DNA of 64,000 bases, from positions 68,016,001 to 68,080,000 of the forward strand of contig NC_086097.1 of assembly GCF_963921235.1 (NCBI RefSeq), given 5' to 3'. Shown in pieces: positions 38,486 to 51,529 of this stretch. Positions within the stretch are counted from its first letter, which is position 1, and each line of letters opens with the position of its first letter. The notes beneath the pieces were generated by a model. It searched no databases, was not told the origin of the DNA, and was given only the letters and a program-made list of their open reading frames with translations. This DNA is from Mobula hypostoma. Taxonomy: Eukaryota. A program made the position numbers and the translations under genes.

Positions 38486-39489
38486 TGATGCAATTATGAA
38501 AAAGGCAGGTCAGAAGCTACATTTTATTAGGTGTTTGAGGAGATTTGGAATGTCACCAAAGAAACTTTGAAGTAACAAGTAAGAGAGCAACATCTTGCAG
38601 GGTGGGAGCCATTTGAAAACTGCAAGTCTAGACGGGAGTGAATCACCGTGTAAGCAGAATTGCCACTGTTAGAGAGGGGCAGTGTTAGATTGGTTTGGTT
38701 TTGGCTCAACAGACTTGGGTGAGAACAGGCTTGGACAAGCACAAATGCAGGCTCCAAGTAAGTTTCCAGTAAATTTGTCTTTGCTCGTACAAATCTTGTG
38801 TGCTGAGAATGGGTCTAGAGTTAGTTGTATGTTCCTTGTATGAGATGTGGGAGCTTTGGGAGAACTCCAGTTTCCCTCATAACTACATCTGCACAAAGTG
38901 CACTGAGCTGCAGCTCCTTAGAAACCGCTTAAGGGAACTGGAGCTGCAGCCCAATGACCAATGGCTCACACAGGAGAATGAGGAAGGGATGAGAGCTACA
39001 GGAAGGTAGTCACCACTAAGTTGCAGGAGAAAAGCAGCATCCATCAACAAAAATCCTCACCACTCAGTCTATGCTCTTTTTTCACTGTGGCCTTAGAATT
39101 CGCACCACTAGGTTCAAGAACAGTTACTACCCCTCAACCATCAAGCTTCTGAGTAAAAGGGGATAGCTACACTCATTTAAGGACTCTGTTATATTGTTAT
39201 TTCATGCTCATTATTTATTTTTATTTATATCTGCATTTGCAGTTTTACAGTTTACAGTTCCTGATGTGTACAGTTTACGGTTACTGTTCTATAGATTTGC
39301 TAAGTATACCTGCAGAAAAAGAATCTCAGGGTTGTATGCGGTGACATGTATGTACTCTGATAACAAATCACTTTGAACTTTGAATCTAATTTGGAGGAAG
39401 GCCAATTTTGATGGTATTAGAAAGGATCTAGCAAGTATGAATTGGGATAGGTTGTTTTTTGGTAAAGGTGTATTTGGTAAATGAGAGGT

Positions 39490-39777
39490 TGTAGCGGTGT
39501 GCTACACACAGCGCTAAAATAACCACATGTAGTCGGTGAGTTAGAGTTGCGATGAAAGAGGTTTATTCAAACTTCGCGGCCTGCTTCAAAGCCTTCCCGT
39601 TCCCGCCCTCCCTGGGCGGGACTGCTGTGGGGAATGCATATTCCCAGACCCTTTCCGCACGCGGGATTGTCCCCCTGCTGGTGAAAATGGCCAGGCACCC
39701 TTTTTGGGGCCAGCCTCTCTGCCTGCGTGCACTGTTTCGTGAGCCGGTTCGTGTGTGCTAGAAAGTGGGTCGCCACA
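39490..39777 (-). repeat. Gypsy 3' LTR
   Basis: About 21 mismatches in 288 bp against 43561-43848 (manual count). Confidence 0.96.
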
Positions 39778-39790
39778 TAACCCCCCCCCG

Positions 39791-42700
39791 CCAGAACGGT
39801 GATACCTCCCCCAATGTCCACAGTCTGGATTGGCCTCTGTTTGGGAGGGCTGTCCCTGTGCCGCGGTGCCTGAGCCTGGACCGGCTGCGCCAAGTCCACA
39901 TGGGCCGATTTGAGTCAGTCCACCACGAAAACCTCCTCTCTCCCCCCAATGTCCAGCACGAACGTGGACCCGTTGTTCCTGATCACCTTAAACGGCCCCT
40001 CGTAGGGCCGCTGTAGCGGTGCCCGGTGTCCGCCCCCCGCCCCGTCGTACAAAAAGAAACTGACAGTTCTGCAGGTCTTTGGGTACGCACGTCGGGCTCT
40101 GTCCGTGCTGTGAAGTGGGGCCAGGTTACCGAGCCTCTCACGTAGTCTGTCCGGGACTGCTGTGGGTTCTTCCTCTTGACCCCTTGGGGCTGGTATGAAC
40201 TCTCCTGGGACGACCAGGGGTGTGCCGTACACCAACTCGGCCGACAAGGTGTGCAGATCCTCCTTAGGCGCTGTGCAGATTCCGAGCAGGACTCAGGGAA
40301 ACTCGTCCACCCAGTTAGGCCCCTCCAGGCGGGCCATGAGAGCTGACTTCAGGTGACGGTGGAAATGCTCCACTAGTCCGTTCGACTGTGGGTGGTAGGT
40401 AGTTGTGTGGTGTAGCTGCGATCCTAAAAGGCTGGCCATAGCTGACCACAGGCTGGAGGTGAACTGGGCGTCCCTTTCGGAGGTAATGTGGGCCGGTACC
40501 CCGAAGCGTGCTACCCAGGTTGTGATCAGTGCTCGGGCACAGGATTCGGAGGTGGTGTCAGTGAGCGGGACTGCCTCTGGCCATCTGGTGAACCGGTCTA
40601 CGTTAGTTAGGAGGTACTGCGCTCTTCGCGACACTGGCAGGGGCCCCACGATATCCACATGAATGTGGTCGAACCTCCGGCGGGGCTTTGGTGTGCCGCT
40701 GCACCTTGGCTGTTTGGCACTGAGTGCACGTTTTGGCCCATTCACTGACCTATTTACGAAGTCAATGCCACACGAACCTGTTGGCAACCAGCCGGATGGT
40801 TGTCCTGATGGAGGGGTGCGCTAAGATGTGAATGGATTCGAAAACCCGCCGGCGCCAGGCTGCTGGGACGACGGGGCGGGCTTGGCCGGTAGCTACATCA
40901 CATAGTAGGGTCCTCTCACCTGGGCCTACGGGGAGGTCTTGGAGCTGCAAACTGGAGACCGCAGTTCTGTAACTAGGGATCTCATCGTCTGCCTGCTGTG
41001 CCTCTGCCAGCGCTGCATAGTCCACCCCCTGGGACAGGGCCTGTATGGTAGGTCTGGATAGTGTGTCCGCCACGACGTTGTCCTTTCCCGAGACATGCCG
41101 GATGTCCGTCGTGTACTCGGAGATGGAGGACAGATGTCGCTGCTGGCGGGACGACCAGGGGTTGGACACCTTCGTGAACGTAAAGGTAAGCGGTTTGTGA
41201 TCTGTGAACGTGGTGAAGGGCCTACCTTCTAAAGAAGTACCTGAAATGCCAGATTGCCAGGTATAGTGCTAATAGCTCCTGGTCGAAAGCACTGTATTTG
41301 AGTTCGGGTGGTTGTAGGTGTTTGCTGAAGAACGCCAGGGGTTGCCAGCGACCTTCGATGAGTTGTTCCAGCACTCCACTGACTGCTGTGTTGGATGCGT
41401 CCACCGTAAGAGCAGTAGGAACGTCCGTTCTGGGGTGCACTAGCATCGCAGCGTTTGCCAAGGCTTCTTTGGTTTTAACGAAAGCGGCTGCGGCCTCTTC
41501 ATCACAAGTAATGTCCTTGCCCTTACCCGACATCAGAGTGAACAGGGGGTGCATGGTTCGGGCCGCTGAGGGGAGGAAACGGTGGTAGAAATTCACCATA
41601 CCCACGAATTCCTGCAGGCCTTTGGTTGTGTTGGGTCGGGGGAAGTGGCGGACCGCATCTACCTTGGCGGGCAGCGGGGTTGCCCCGTCTTTAGTAATCC
41701 TGTGGCCCAGGAAGTTGATGGTGTCGAGTCCGAACTGGCATTTGGCTGGGTTGATTGTAAGGCCGAATTCGCTCAGGCGGGAGTAGAGCTGGCGGAGGTG
41801 GGACAGATGCTCCTGACGACTACTGCTGGCTAGGAGGATGTCGTCCAAATAGATGAATGCAAAGTCCAGATCGCGTCCCACCGTGTCCATTAGCCGCTGG
41901 AATGTCTGTGCGGCATTCTTCAGACCGAACGGCATTCGGAGGAATTTGAAAAGTCCGAACGGGGTGATGAGTGCTGTTTTGGGGATGTCGTCCAGATGTA
42001 CCGGGATTTGATGGGATCCCCAGACGAGGTCTACCTTGGATAAGATCTTTGCGCCGTGTAGGTTTGCTGCGAAGTCTTGAATGTGTGGCACAGGGTAGCG
42101 GTCTGCCGTTGTAGCCTCGTTCAGTCTGCGTCGTCACTGCATGGTCTCCAGCCCCCCGTTGCCTTGGGCACCATGTGCAGTGGGGAGGCCCATGGGCTGT
42201 CAGACCGTCGTATGATCCCCAATTCCTCCATCTTCTTGAACTCCTCCTTCGCCAGTCGGAGCTTGTCCGGGGGAAGCCTTCGAGCACGGGCGTGGAGGGG
42301 TGGTCCCTGGGTCGGGATGTGGTGCTGTACTTAGTGTCTGGACATGGCTGCTGTGAACTGCGGTATCAGTACTGATGGGAAATCCGCCAGGACCCTGGTG
42401 AATTCGTCGTTGGACAGCGTGATGGAGTCCAGGTGTGGGGCTGGCAACTTTGCTTCACCCAGGGAGAACGTTTGAAAAGTCTTGGCTTGGACTAATCGCT
42501 TCCCTTGCAGGTCGACCAGCAGGCTGTGGGCTCGTAGAAAATCCGCCCCCAGGAGTGGTTGGGCCACGGCGGCCAGTGTGAAGTCCCACGTGAACTGGCT
42601 GGAGCTGAACTGTAGCCGCACCGTGCAGGTGCCGTAGGTTTGTATTGTGCTGCCGTTTGCGGCCCTCAGAGTGGGTCCGGGTTCTCTGTTGCGGGTGTCG

Positions 42701-42843
42701 TAACTCGTTGGAGGTAAAACGCTGATCTCTGCTCCGGTGTCGACCAAAAATCGGCGTCCCGACCGCTTGTCCCAGACGTACAGGAGGCTGTCTTGATGGC
42801 CAGCCGCCGTAGCCATCAGCGGCAGCTGGCCCTGGCGTTTCCC
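39791..42843 (-). pseudogene. pol: Gypsy Pol with stops and frameshifts (protease, RT, RNase H, integrase)
   Basis: FLVDTGAEISV; RMPFGLKNAAQTFQR, YLDD; VDAS..KYSAFDQELLA; HVDIVGPLP..DRFTRWPEA..YHPQSNGLVE, split over several ORFs. Confidence 0.93.
42798..42843 (-). promoter_or_regulatory. -1 programmed ribosomal frameshift signal (gag-pol)
   Basis: G GGA AAC in gag phase, 5-nt spacer, 12-bp stem GGCCAGCTGCCG/CGGCGGCTGGCC; the -1 frame runs into MATAAGHQ..DTG. Confidence 0.85.
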
Positions 42844-43520
42844 AGGAATTTGCAGGGTGGTCTACAGCGGCGGGCCTCTGTGCCCCACCACTGGTGGTAG
42901 AAGCACCATTGTTCGTTGGGCTCCTCACTCCCGTCGCCGGGTTTTGTAGGCTCTGCTGCCAGGCCTGGTCTGGTCTGCCGTTGGGCACGCGGCTTGGTGA
43001 TCTGTGCGACGGACGCCCCTCTGTCTTTCCTGGCATTCCACAGCACATCTGCCCGGGCCGCCACCTCCCGGGGGTTGCTGAAATCTGCGCCGGACAGCAG
43101 CAGCCATATGTCCTCGGGCAGTTGCTCTAGGAACGCCTGCTCAAACATGAGGCAGGGTTTATGTCCTTCAGCCAGGGCCAGCATCTCGTTCATTAATGCT
43201 GACGGCGGCCTGTCTCCCAAACCATCCAGCTGCATTAAGCGGCGTGCTCGTTCGCGCCGTGAAAGTCCGAAAGTCCTTATGAGCAGGGTTTTGAATGGTG
43301 TGTGTTTGCCGTCCTCCCGGGGCGACTCTATAAACTCCTCAACTTGTGCAGCTGTCTCCTGGTCGAGGGAGCTCAGCACGTAGTAGTAGCAAGTGGACTC
43401 TGAGGTTATCTGCCGAATGTGGAATTGTGCTTCTGCTTGTTCGAACCACAGATGGAATCGCAGCGGCCAAAAGCTTGGCAGTTTTAACAAAACTGCGTGA
43501 ACAGATGCGGCGTCAGTCAT
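42816..43520 (-). CDS. gag: Gypsy Gag (open frame)
   Basis: MTDAASVHAV.LKLPSFW..WFEQAEAQF..CFYHQWWGTEARRCRPPC. Confidence 0.85.
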   Translation of the reverse strand: MTDAASVHAVLLKLPSFWPLRFHLWFEQAEAQFHIRQITSESTCYYYVLSSLDQETAAQVEEFIESPREDGKHTPFKTLLIRTFGLSRRERARRLMQLDGLGDRPPSALMNEMLALAEGHKPCLMFEQAFLEQLPEDIWLLLSGADFSNPREVAARADVLWNARKDRGASVAQITKPRAQRQTRPGLAAEPTKPGDGSEEPNEQWCFYHQWWGTEARRCRPPCKFLGNARASCR

Positions 43521-43544
43521 CTCTGGTCCAAATATGGTTTGGGC

Positions 43545-43558
43545 CGTCAGGGTCACCA
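43545..43558 (-). promoter_or_regulatory. Primer-binding site, tRNA-Trp type
   Basis: TGGTGACCCTGACG versus TGGTGACCCCGACG, the complement of the vertebrate tRNA-Trp 3' end as recalled. Confidence 0.75.
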
Positions 43559-43560
43559 AA

Positions 43561-43848
43561 TGTAGCGGTGTGCTACACACAGCGCTAAAATAACCACACA
43601 TAGTCGGTGAGTTAGAGTTGCGATGAAAGAGGTTTATTTAAACTTCGCGGCCTGCTTTAAAACCTTCGCGTTCCCGCCCTCCCTGGGCGGGACTGCTGTG
43701 GGGAAAGCATATTTCCAGACCCTTTCCACGCGTGGGATTTTCCCCCTGCTGGCGAAGATGGCCTGGCGCCCTTTCTGGGGCCAGCCTATCTGCCTGCGCG
43801 CGCTGTTTCGTGAGCTGGTTCGTGTGTGCTAGAAAGTGGGTCGCCACA
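43561..43848 (-). repeat. Gypsy 5' LTR
   Basis: Direct repeat of 39490-39777, followed on the minus strand by the PBS. Confidence 0.96.
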
Positions 43849-45177
43849 AGGTCTTCAAAAGTGAAATTTTGAAAGTACAGAGTCTGCATGTTCTTTCAGA
43901 ATAAAAGGCAAGGTTAACAGGTTTATAGACCCTTGGTTTTTGAGATATATTGAGGCCCTGCTTAAGAAAAAGAAGGAGGAGCTTAACAGGTATAGGCAGG
44001 TGGAAACAAATGAGGCACTTGAGGAGGATAAGAAATACAAGAGGATGCTCAAGAATGAAATCAGGAGGGCTAAGGTTGCTCTAGCAGACAATGTGAATGA
44101 GAATCCTAAAGGCTTCTACTATAATATTAAAATTCTACTATAATATTCTACTATGAAAGGATAGCAAGGGTCAAAATTGGTCCGAGATCCGAGTGTTAAT
44201 CTATGCGTGGAGCTGGAAGAGATGGGGGAAGATCATAAATGGATTTTCTGCATTTGTATTTACTTGGGAGACAGACACAGAGTCTATAGATGTGAGGAAA
44301 TAAAGCAGTGAGGTCATGGACCCTTTATGGATTACAGAGGAGGGAGTATTTGCTTTCTTGAGGCAAATTAGACTGGATAAATCCCCAGAGCCTGACAACG
44401 TATACCCTCCGACCCTATGTGAAGCTAGTGCAGAAATTGCAGGGGTCCAAGCAAAGATATTTAAAACATCCTTAGCCACGGGCTTGGAGCAGAGGATAGC
44501 TAACATTGTTCTGTTGTTTAAAAAACAGGCTCTTGGAATAATACAGAAAATTATAGCTCAGAAAGTCTGACATCAGTAGTAGGAAAATTATTGAAATATT
44601 CTAAGGGACTGGATATATAAGTATTTGTTTAGACAGGGACTGATTAGGGATAGCCAACATGGCTTTTCGTGTGGTAAGTTGTGTCTATTCAATCTTAAAA
44701 GTTTTTCGAGGAAGTTACCAGGAAATTTGATAAAGTCATGGCAGTGGATGGTATCTAGATGGCCTTAAGGCCTTTGACAATGTCCCATATGTGGGGTTGG
44801 TCAAGAAAATTCAGTTACTTGGCGTTCCAGAAGAGGAAGTAAATTAGATTTGACATTGACTTTGCAGAAAAAGCCGGGGAGTGGTTGTAGATGGTTGCCT
44901 CGCTGACTGGACACTTGTGGCTGCGACTTGAGGAGCTGAATTATAGAGAAAAGTTGAATATGTTAGGACTTCATTCCCTAGAACATAGAATACTGGGGGG
45001 GAAATCTGACAGAGGTATACAGAATTGTGAGGGGTATAGATAGGGTAAATACAAGCAGGGTTTTTTCCCCGTAGTCATTGGGTGATAATAGAGGTCATGG
45101 GTTAAGGGAGAAAGGAGAAATGTTTCGGGGAACATGAAGGGGATATGCTCTATTTTTATTACTACCATCTGAAATGA

Positions 45178-46100
45178 GGTACAAGAGCCTGACAATACAC
45201 ACTCAATACTTTAAGAACAACTTCTTCCACACTCTGCCATGGATCTCTGAACAGACAATGAACCAATCCATAAACACTTCAGAAGGCTCTCACCCTGAAA
45301 TGTCAGCTGCTTATTCATTTCCATAAAAGCTACCTGACCTCCTGAGTCCTCCAGCATTTTGTGTGTGCTGCTCTGGATTTGCGTCATCAGCAGAATCTCA
45401 TGTGCAAGAGGAAATCTATCTCTGTTAATGTGGCAAGAAGATAAGATCATAAGACCTCAAGATATGGGAGAAGAATGAGGTCATTTGGCCCATCGAATCT
45501 GCTCCACCATTTCATCATGGCTGATCCATTTCCCTTTCAGCCCCAATTTCCTGTCTTCTCCCCTATACCCTGAGGACAAATGTCCAGGAAACATAGGAGA
45601 TGCAGATGAGGGCAGTGCTGATGGTAAAGGAAAGGAAATCCAGTTCTTAGAAGAAGGACATCTCTGATGTTCTCAGAAAGAAAGCTTCATCATGAGAACA
45701 GAGATGGAGGAACTGAGAAAAGGGAATGGTACTTTCACAAGTGACAGGGTGGGAAGAGATATGGAGATACCTGTGGAGGTCAGTGGGTTTATAAAAAATA
45801 TAGACACTCTGTATCCAGAGATGGAGGCAGAGAGATCAAGAAAGGGGAGTAAGGTGTCAGACATGACCAAAAGAATTTAAGGGCAGGGTGGAAGTTGGAG
45901 GCAAAGTAGATGAAATTCGTGACACAGTGCCAATGCAGTTGTCAACATGCACAGTAAGAGATGGGAAACATTATTAGGGCAGGCCTGGAACATGGACTGT
46001 TCCACATAAACAAAATGTCAGGCATTGCTTGGGCCCATGCAGGACCACATGGCTACTCCTTGGATTTAAATAAATTGAGAGGAGCCAAAAGATATAGAGT
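45178..46100. mobile_element. Cluster of fragments: Rex1 tail (+), PLE terminus (+, ~45285-45403), CR1 tail (-, ~45440-45570), PLE RT region (-, ~45570-46100)
   Basis: Each piece matches a better-preserved copy elsewhere in the window. Confidence 0.7.
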
Positions 46101-46369
46101 GAGCAGAAGACCAGAGCGGGCTGTCCAGGAACAGGAGGAAGGTTGGAGATGTGAGGAGGGGTTATCAGTGTGGGTGGGTTATTCTTGCTGAAGAAGTAGG
46201 CTTGGAGGTGGAGTTTTGGATATTTAACACTGTATGTAATGTCATGTGGATGTGCACAATCTAAGATCCTTTTAGTAACCAGACACACGTTTAAGCCTTC
46301 TCTCATTCCACAATATTACATGCACATGCTGCATGTTTAACACTATGGTACAGACTCCATAGAGCTGAA

Positions 46370-46790
46370 AATGTTACATTATTTGGAGAGGTTGAATAAT
46401 ATATGTTCAATTATCCAGAATTTGGAAGAATGTGGGGTGACCTAATCAAGGTGTTTAAAATGATAAAAGAATTTAAGAGTAATTATAGATAACCTATTTA
46501 TGTGATTAGGAAACTTGAAGCAGGAGGACATCATTTCAGTTCAAATAAAGCTGCTTAAGAATTAAATCACACAGCATTTATTCAAATAAATTGGTGTAAA
46601 TCTGACACTCACTCTCCTAAACACTATGGATGCTGGATCAATTGAAATTTTCAATATGGAGAGAGATTGATGCATTTTAGTTAGGTAAGCTATCAGGGGA
46701 TTTGAAAGGCAAGTATAGATCAGCTGCAATGTAATTTTGGTAGAACAGGCTCAAGGGGCTGAATGACCTACTCCAATGAATGTTTCTTTG
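46370..46790 (+). mobile_element. Old CR1 3' end
   Basis: GAATGTGGGGTGACCTAAT..GGGCTGAATGACCTACTCC. Confidence 0.65.
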
Positions 46791-47436
46791 AAAACCTAGT
46801 CAATCGATTAGACTTCAGAGTTTCAACATTGCTGCTGCATTCTTAGAAAGGCTTCTGCATGTTCTTCCAGAAGGCTTGGAATGTTGCAAGATGAGATGCG
46901 CTGGTCAAATTTGATTATGCTGGTATTTCAAAGGTAACAGGTATTTAAAAAGTGAAATAAAGTGGTTTCACTTTATTCCTGTTATTGGAATAGCTATTTC
47001 CTCATGTTCCCTTAATAAAGAGTGTTTCGACATTTGCTCTTTCCTATTACTTCTTGTAGTAAGATGCAACATAAAATACCTTCTGAGCTGGACATGGCTA
47101 GTAATTTTCAGATGTCACTACTTGAAAGGTTAGCAGGATAGAAATCAAGTATGAAGTAACAGAAAATGAGCTTATGTGGTTATGTAGTAGTGAAAGCAGG
47201 CAATGGACAAGGCATATGTATATGTCCGTGAAGTTAAGAAGAACTAAAAAATAATCAAATCTCAAACATTCACTCTCTGTGGAATTAGTAAGCATTTCCC
47301 AGATGTGAACAGTATTATCAAGGTTATTGGAGAGGACATGGAACAGAAGGCACCTCAAGCTAATAATGTTTTTGCCAGCAATAGGGTGTGAGATAATTAT
47401 GAGTTTACTAATACCATTAACAAAAGTGGAGGTCAC

Positions 47437-47836
47437 CTAAACATAGAACATAAAATAGTACAGCTCAGTACAGGCCCTTTAGCCCACAATGTTGTGCTGA
47501 CCCTCAAACACTGCCTCCCATATAACCCCCCCACCTTAAATTCCTCCATATACCTGTCTAGTAGTCTCTTAAATTTCACTAGTGTATCTGCCTCTACCAC
47601 TGACTCAGGCAGTGCATTCCACGCACCAACCACTCTCTGAGTAAAAAACCTTCCTCTAATATCCCCCTTGAACCTCCCACCCCTTACCTTAAAGCCATGT
47701 CCTCTTGTATTGAGCAGTGGTGCCCTGGGGAAGAGGCGCTGGCTATCCACTCTATCTATTCCTCTTATTATCTTGTACACCTCTATCATGTCTCCTCTCA
47801 TCTTCCTTCTCTCCAAAGAGTAAAGCCCTCGCTCCT
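47437..47836 (-). mobile_element. Young short CR1 3' fragment
   Basis: ERRKMRGDMIEVYKI..TRGHGFKV..FFTQRVVGAWN; TTCTATG tail. Confidence 0.9.
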
Positions 47837-48507
47837 ACTATAAGACACTATAAAAGCAAATGTGAAAGTATTGAATGGATATCTTTATCCAATGTCTTCA
47901 TTGGATAATGTCTTCAATGTCTTCATTCCAAAAAAGGATTTTCAAGTGAAGAATTACCAGAAGGAAGAATTAATCAAAACTTGTTTAGGCAAAAAGATGT
48001 TAAGTCAGAATATTTTTAGATTAGGATCTTTGTAATGATTTGATATTGAGAAACTGATTGATAAGATAAATTAGGAGAAATTATTGGCTAGAGATGACTT
48101 GACATTTGAGAAAGTGTGCAGGACATTGTTTGCTGTGATAATAAAGATATTATCTTCATAGACAATTAACCTCAAAGGCCAACAACCACTATTAAACTTA
48201 CAAACAAAGAAATCTCTGGATTAGGGAGAGCTCTGCAACCAAAGAGGAGGATGTACCACCAGAAAACTTAGGAGCCTGGCAGTTTCCCAACACATGGAGC
48301 AGCTGTAATGGACCTTAAATACCATGCCAGCCAGGATGCAGCTTTGGGTTTCACTTCACAGTACTGGTCAGCCATGCCACTTTCTCCCAACCCACTCAAC
48401 ACTAGATCTCACTTTAATTGTTTTAATTTTGCTACAGCACCACCACCGTAGGGAGGGTGGAAGTTTGTGCCAGGTACCCAGCCCAACAATACCATCAGTA
48501 GCACATT

Positions 48508-49467
48508 TCTGTGCTGAGCCCTCTTCTGTACTCCCTTTTCACCTATGACTGCATTCCTGTACATGGTTCTAATTCCATAATCAAGTTCACAGATGACACC
48601 ACAGTGGTTGGCCTGATCAGAGTGGATGACGAGATGGCCTACATGGACGAGGTCCAGCACCTGGCTGCGTGGTGTGCTGAAAACAATCTGGCCTTTAACA
48701 CCCAGAAGACCAAGGAAATCATTGTGGACTTCAGGAATGCTAGGAGCCACACTCACAGCCCCATCTACATCAACGGAGCTGTAGTGGAGCGTGTATCAAG
48801 CTTCAAATTCCTTGGTGTCCACATTTCCGAGGATCTCACCTGGTCCCTGAACTCCTCCATCCTGATCAAAAAGGCGCAACAGCACCTTTATTTCCTGCGG
48901 AGCATGAAGAAAGCTCACCTCTGTCCCAGGATACTGACGGACTTTTACCGCCGTACCATTGAGAGCATACTCACCAACTGTATCTCAGTGTGGTATGGCA
49001 ATTGTCCCGTATCGGACCACAAAGCACTCCAGCGTGTGGTGAAAACTGCCCAGCGGATTATCGGCACCCAATTGCCCACCATTGAGAACATCTACCATAA
49101 ACGCTGCCTGGGCAAGGTGAAAAGCATTATCAGGGATGCATCTCAGCCTAACCATGGACTTTTTACTCTCCTCCCATCGGTAGGCGCTACAGGAGCCTCC
49201 GCTCCCACACCAGCAGGCACAGGAAGAGCTTCTTCCCTGAGGCCGTGACACTGCTGAACCTCACATCACAGCGCTAAGCAGTATTGCATTCGTACTGTAC
49301 TGTTTCAGTGCTTTTATATTTGTGTGCTGTAGCACTTTTTATTCACAGTTATTTTGTAAATAACACTATTCTTTGCATTTCTGGTCAGATGCTAAATGCA
49401 TTTCATTGGCTTTGTATCTGTACTCGGCACAATGACAATAAAGTTGAATCTAATCTAACTTAATCTA
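48508..49467 (+). mobile_element. Young 5'-truncated Rex1/Babar-type LINE
   Basis: ORF 48511-49248 LSPLLYSLFTYDC..KFTDDTTVVG..KKAQQHLYFLR; AATAAA followed by (AATCT)n. Confidence 0.92.
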
Positions 49468-51529
49468 ATTTCTTCACACATAGCACTACAACAAGCCACA
49501 CTTAGTGATAACTCTATTTGTTCTATTAGTTTTTGAAACACATTCTGAACACTAAACTTACTTGTGTACAAGATTGGTTCAATGATGAAACTATTGCAAG
49601 ACAGGCCATAAGGCATTAAAGACCTAGAATTAAGTGATTGATACAGACCCAGCAGAAACGGTAATCCATCGGGATTAAGGTTGTCCAACTTTTCAAGTTT
49701 GACAAAATGGAAACAATCTCAAAGGTTAAAAAAGACATGGCTGATATTTGCATATTTATTTGTACTTAATCTAGCACATAAATGATTGAATGCAAAGAGG
49801 TACTGATGGTAAGAATTAACAGATGTAGATAGTGATGATCTTCATGGGCTTGTTGCTTCTGTTTTAAAAATATGAATGTAAAAATACATCATAAAGTAAG
49901 AGTTCTATGCAGTCTTATATTAACCACAGCTAAGCAGTTTTAATAAAGGACATTTTGCTCTGAGCTTTATCTCCACTATTTGTCTCAGGGACAAGTAATT
50001 CTACAAATGCTTCAACTATCTTCTCTCCTCAGTCCCTCAAAAGAACTGTTCAGTGCTTCTGCCAGATTCTTTTTCATTAAAGTACCATCTTATCTCAATT
50101 GAAGTCTATTTTTACCTTTCTTTTCATGCATAATCAGTGCTATATCAAAAGAGCACTGCATGGTTATAAACAATAAATCTGGATGTTCAGAAAAGCTGAA
50201 GAAGAGCAGGATGTCCTCCAGGAAGCCTTCAAGCAATTTCACCAATGCAGAGTAAATTATCCAAATTCTTGTTTACTGTTTGCGGGCCAATGATGAACCC
50301 AGACTGGCTGTAGCACCAGTGAGCAATGCAAGAGAGAATACACATTGAAAGTAATTAACAGTATTGATTACACATGAAATGACTAAGGATATCTTGAAAG
50401 TATGTAGTGGCTTGGTTTATTTGCGAGTTTTTTTCCCCTTCATTGCCATCCAATTCGTGCTCAGCCCTCACCTCTGTGCTCCTTGTGCCAGAGTGCTGCT
50501 ACAAATGGAAATGATTCAAGCCACTAAATGTTGCAGGCAAGAAGTTCTTTTCTCATGAGATTTCCTGCCTGGATATGTGCAGCAGTTAAGATAATTTTAA
50601 ATTCCAACAGGTCTCTGGCAGGAGCAACATTGAGTGAGGGGAACCTGATCCATATTGATTTTTGCCAGCAAACTTGTGACACACAGACCTGGCCCAAAAA
50701 TAGTGATTTTGACTGTGAAATGTAGGCAGTTGACATATAGGCCTTTTCAAAGCCATGACATTCAAAACAGTATACAGGATTCCATATGGGACCAAACCAC
50801 TGAACTATACACATTCACTATTACCACCTGGGGCTCATGTTGTTTGCTACGGTCTTAGATGGTATTATTATTAGTTCATTTTTTTTTACTGCTGTCAGAT
50901 GTTGCACACTAATGATTTCAATGAATATTCAACATCCTCAGGTCCTTTTTCAGTGTTGAAGTGTAATAAATCTCGATAGACATGTGAAAATTCTGATGTA
51001 CCAAATCAGATTCTGCCCTCCTATAAAATATATTTTTGGTCAGATCCAATGTCCTAATTGCAAACTTGGAATGCTTACAAATAATTTGTTTCCATTTCTC
51101 AGCATTTAAATCTATTATGTCAGCCACAATTTATATTCCAAACTGTCATGGCAAAATATCATATTTTATATAATGGACTGGAGTGAACAAATAGGCTTTT
51201 GTAAATATTTCATGTAACATTTTCTAAATCCGTTCAAGGTCCAGAAGGTGGCAAATAACCTGGTTGTCTTTGACGATGTTGTAATGCTTCATGCAAGAGC
51301 TATAAATTGGGATTATGGCTTGCAGAAGATTACTTACTTTCTTAATTGTTAATTTATATTTCAACCGACATTATGTTAAGTTTTACTGTAATGTTTGTTG
51401 TTTTGTTCAAATAAAACGTTCCAAAGAATAGGTCCTTGAGTATGAGGTAACTTTCGACTGTGAATAAGCAGGTCAATTATTTTGGATACAATGAGATTCA
51501 CAAACTTCAGATGAAAAGAGAGCTAAACA

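Larger units (their letters stand above)
39490..43848 (-). mobile_element. Full-length, decayed Ty3/Gypsy LTR retrotransposon
   Basis: Direct 288-bp LTRs with TG..CA ends; TSD AGGT at 39486-39489 and 43849-43852; order gag-PR-RT-RH-IN; G-tract PPT at 39781-39790. Confidence 0.97.
38640..45170 (+). mobile_element. Long degraded CR1 (ORF1 remnant to 3' end), interrupted by a Rex1 tail (~39030-39383) and the Gypsy element
   Basis: ORF1-like CS..EMWE..YICTKCTELQLLRNRLRELELQ; sequence is collinear across the Gypsy TSD; DKSPEPDNVYP and KAFDNVP further downstream. Confidence 0.8.

Noticed and set aside
44114..44154. TTCTACTATAATATT local repeats
   Set aside because: Small slippage duplication inside a dead CR1.
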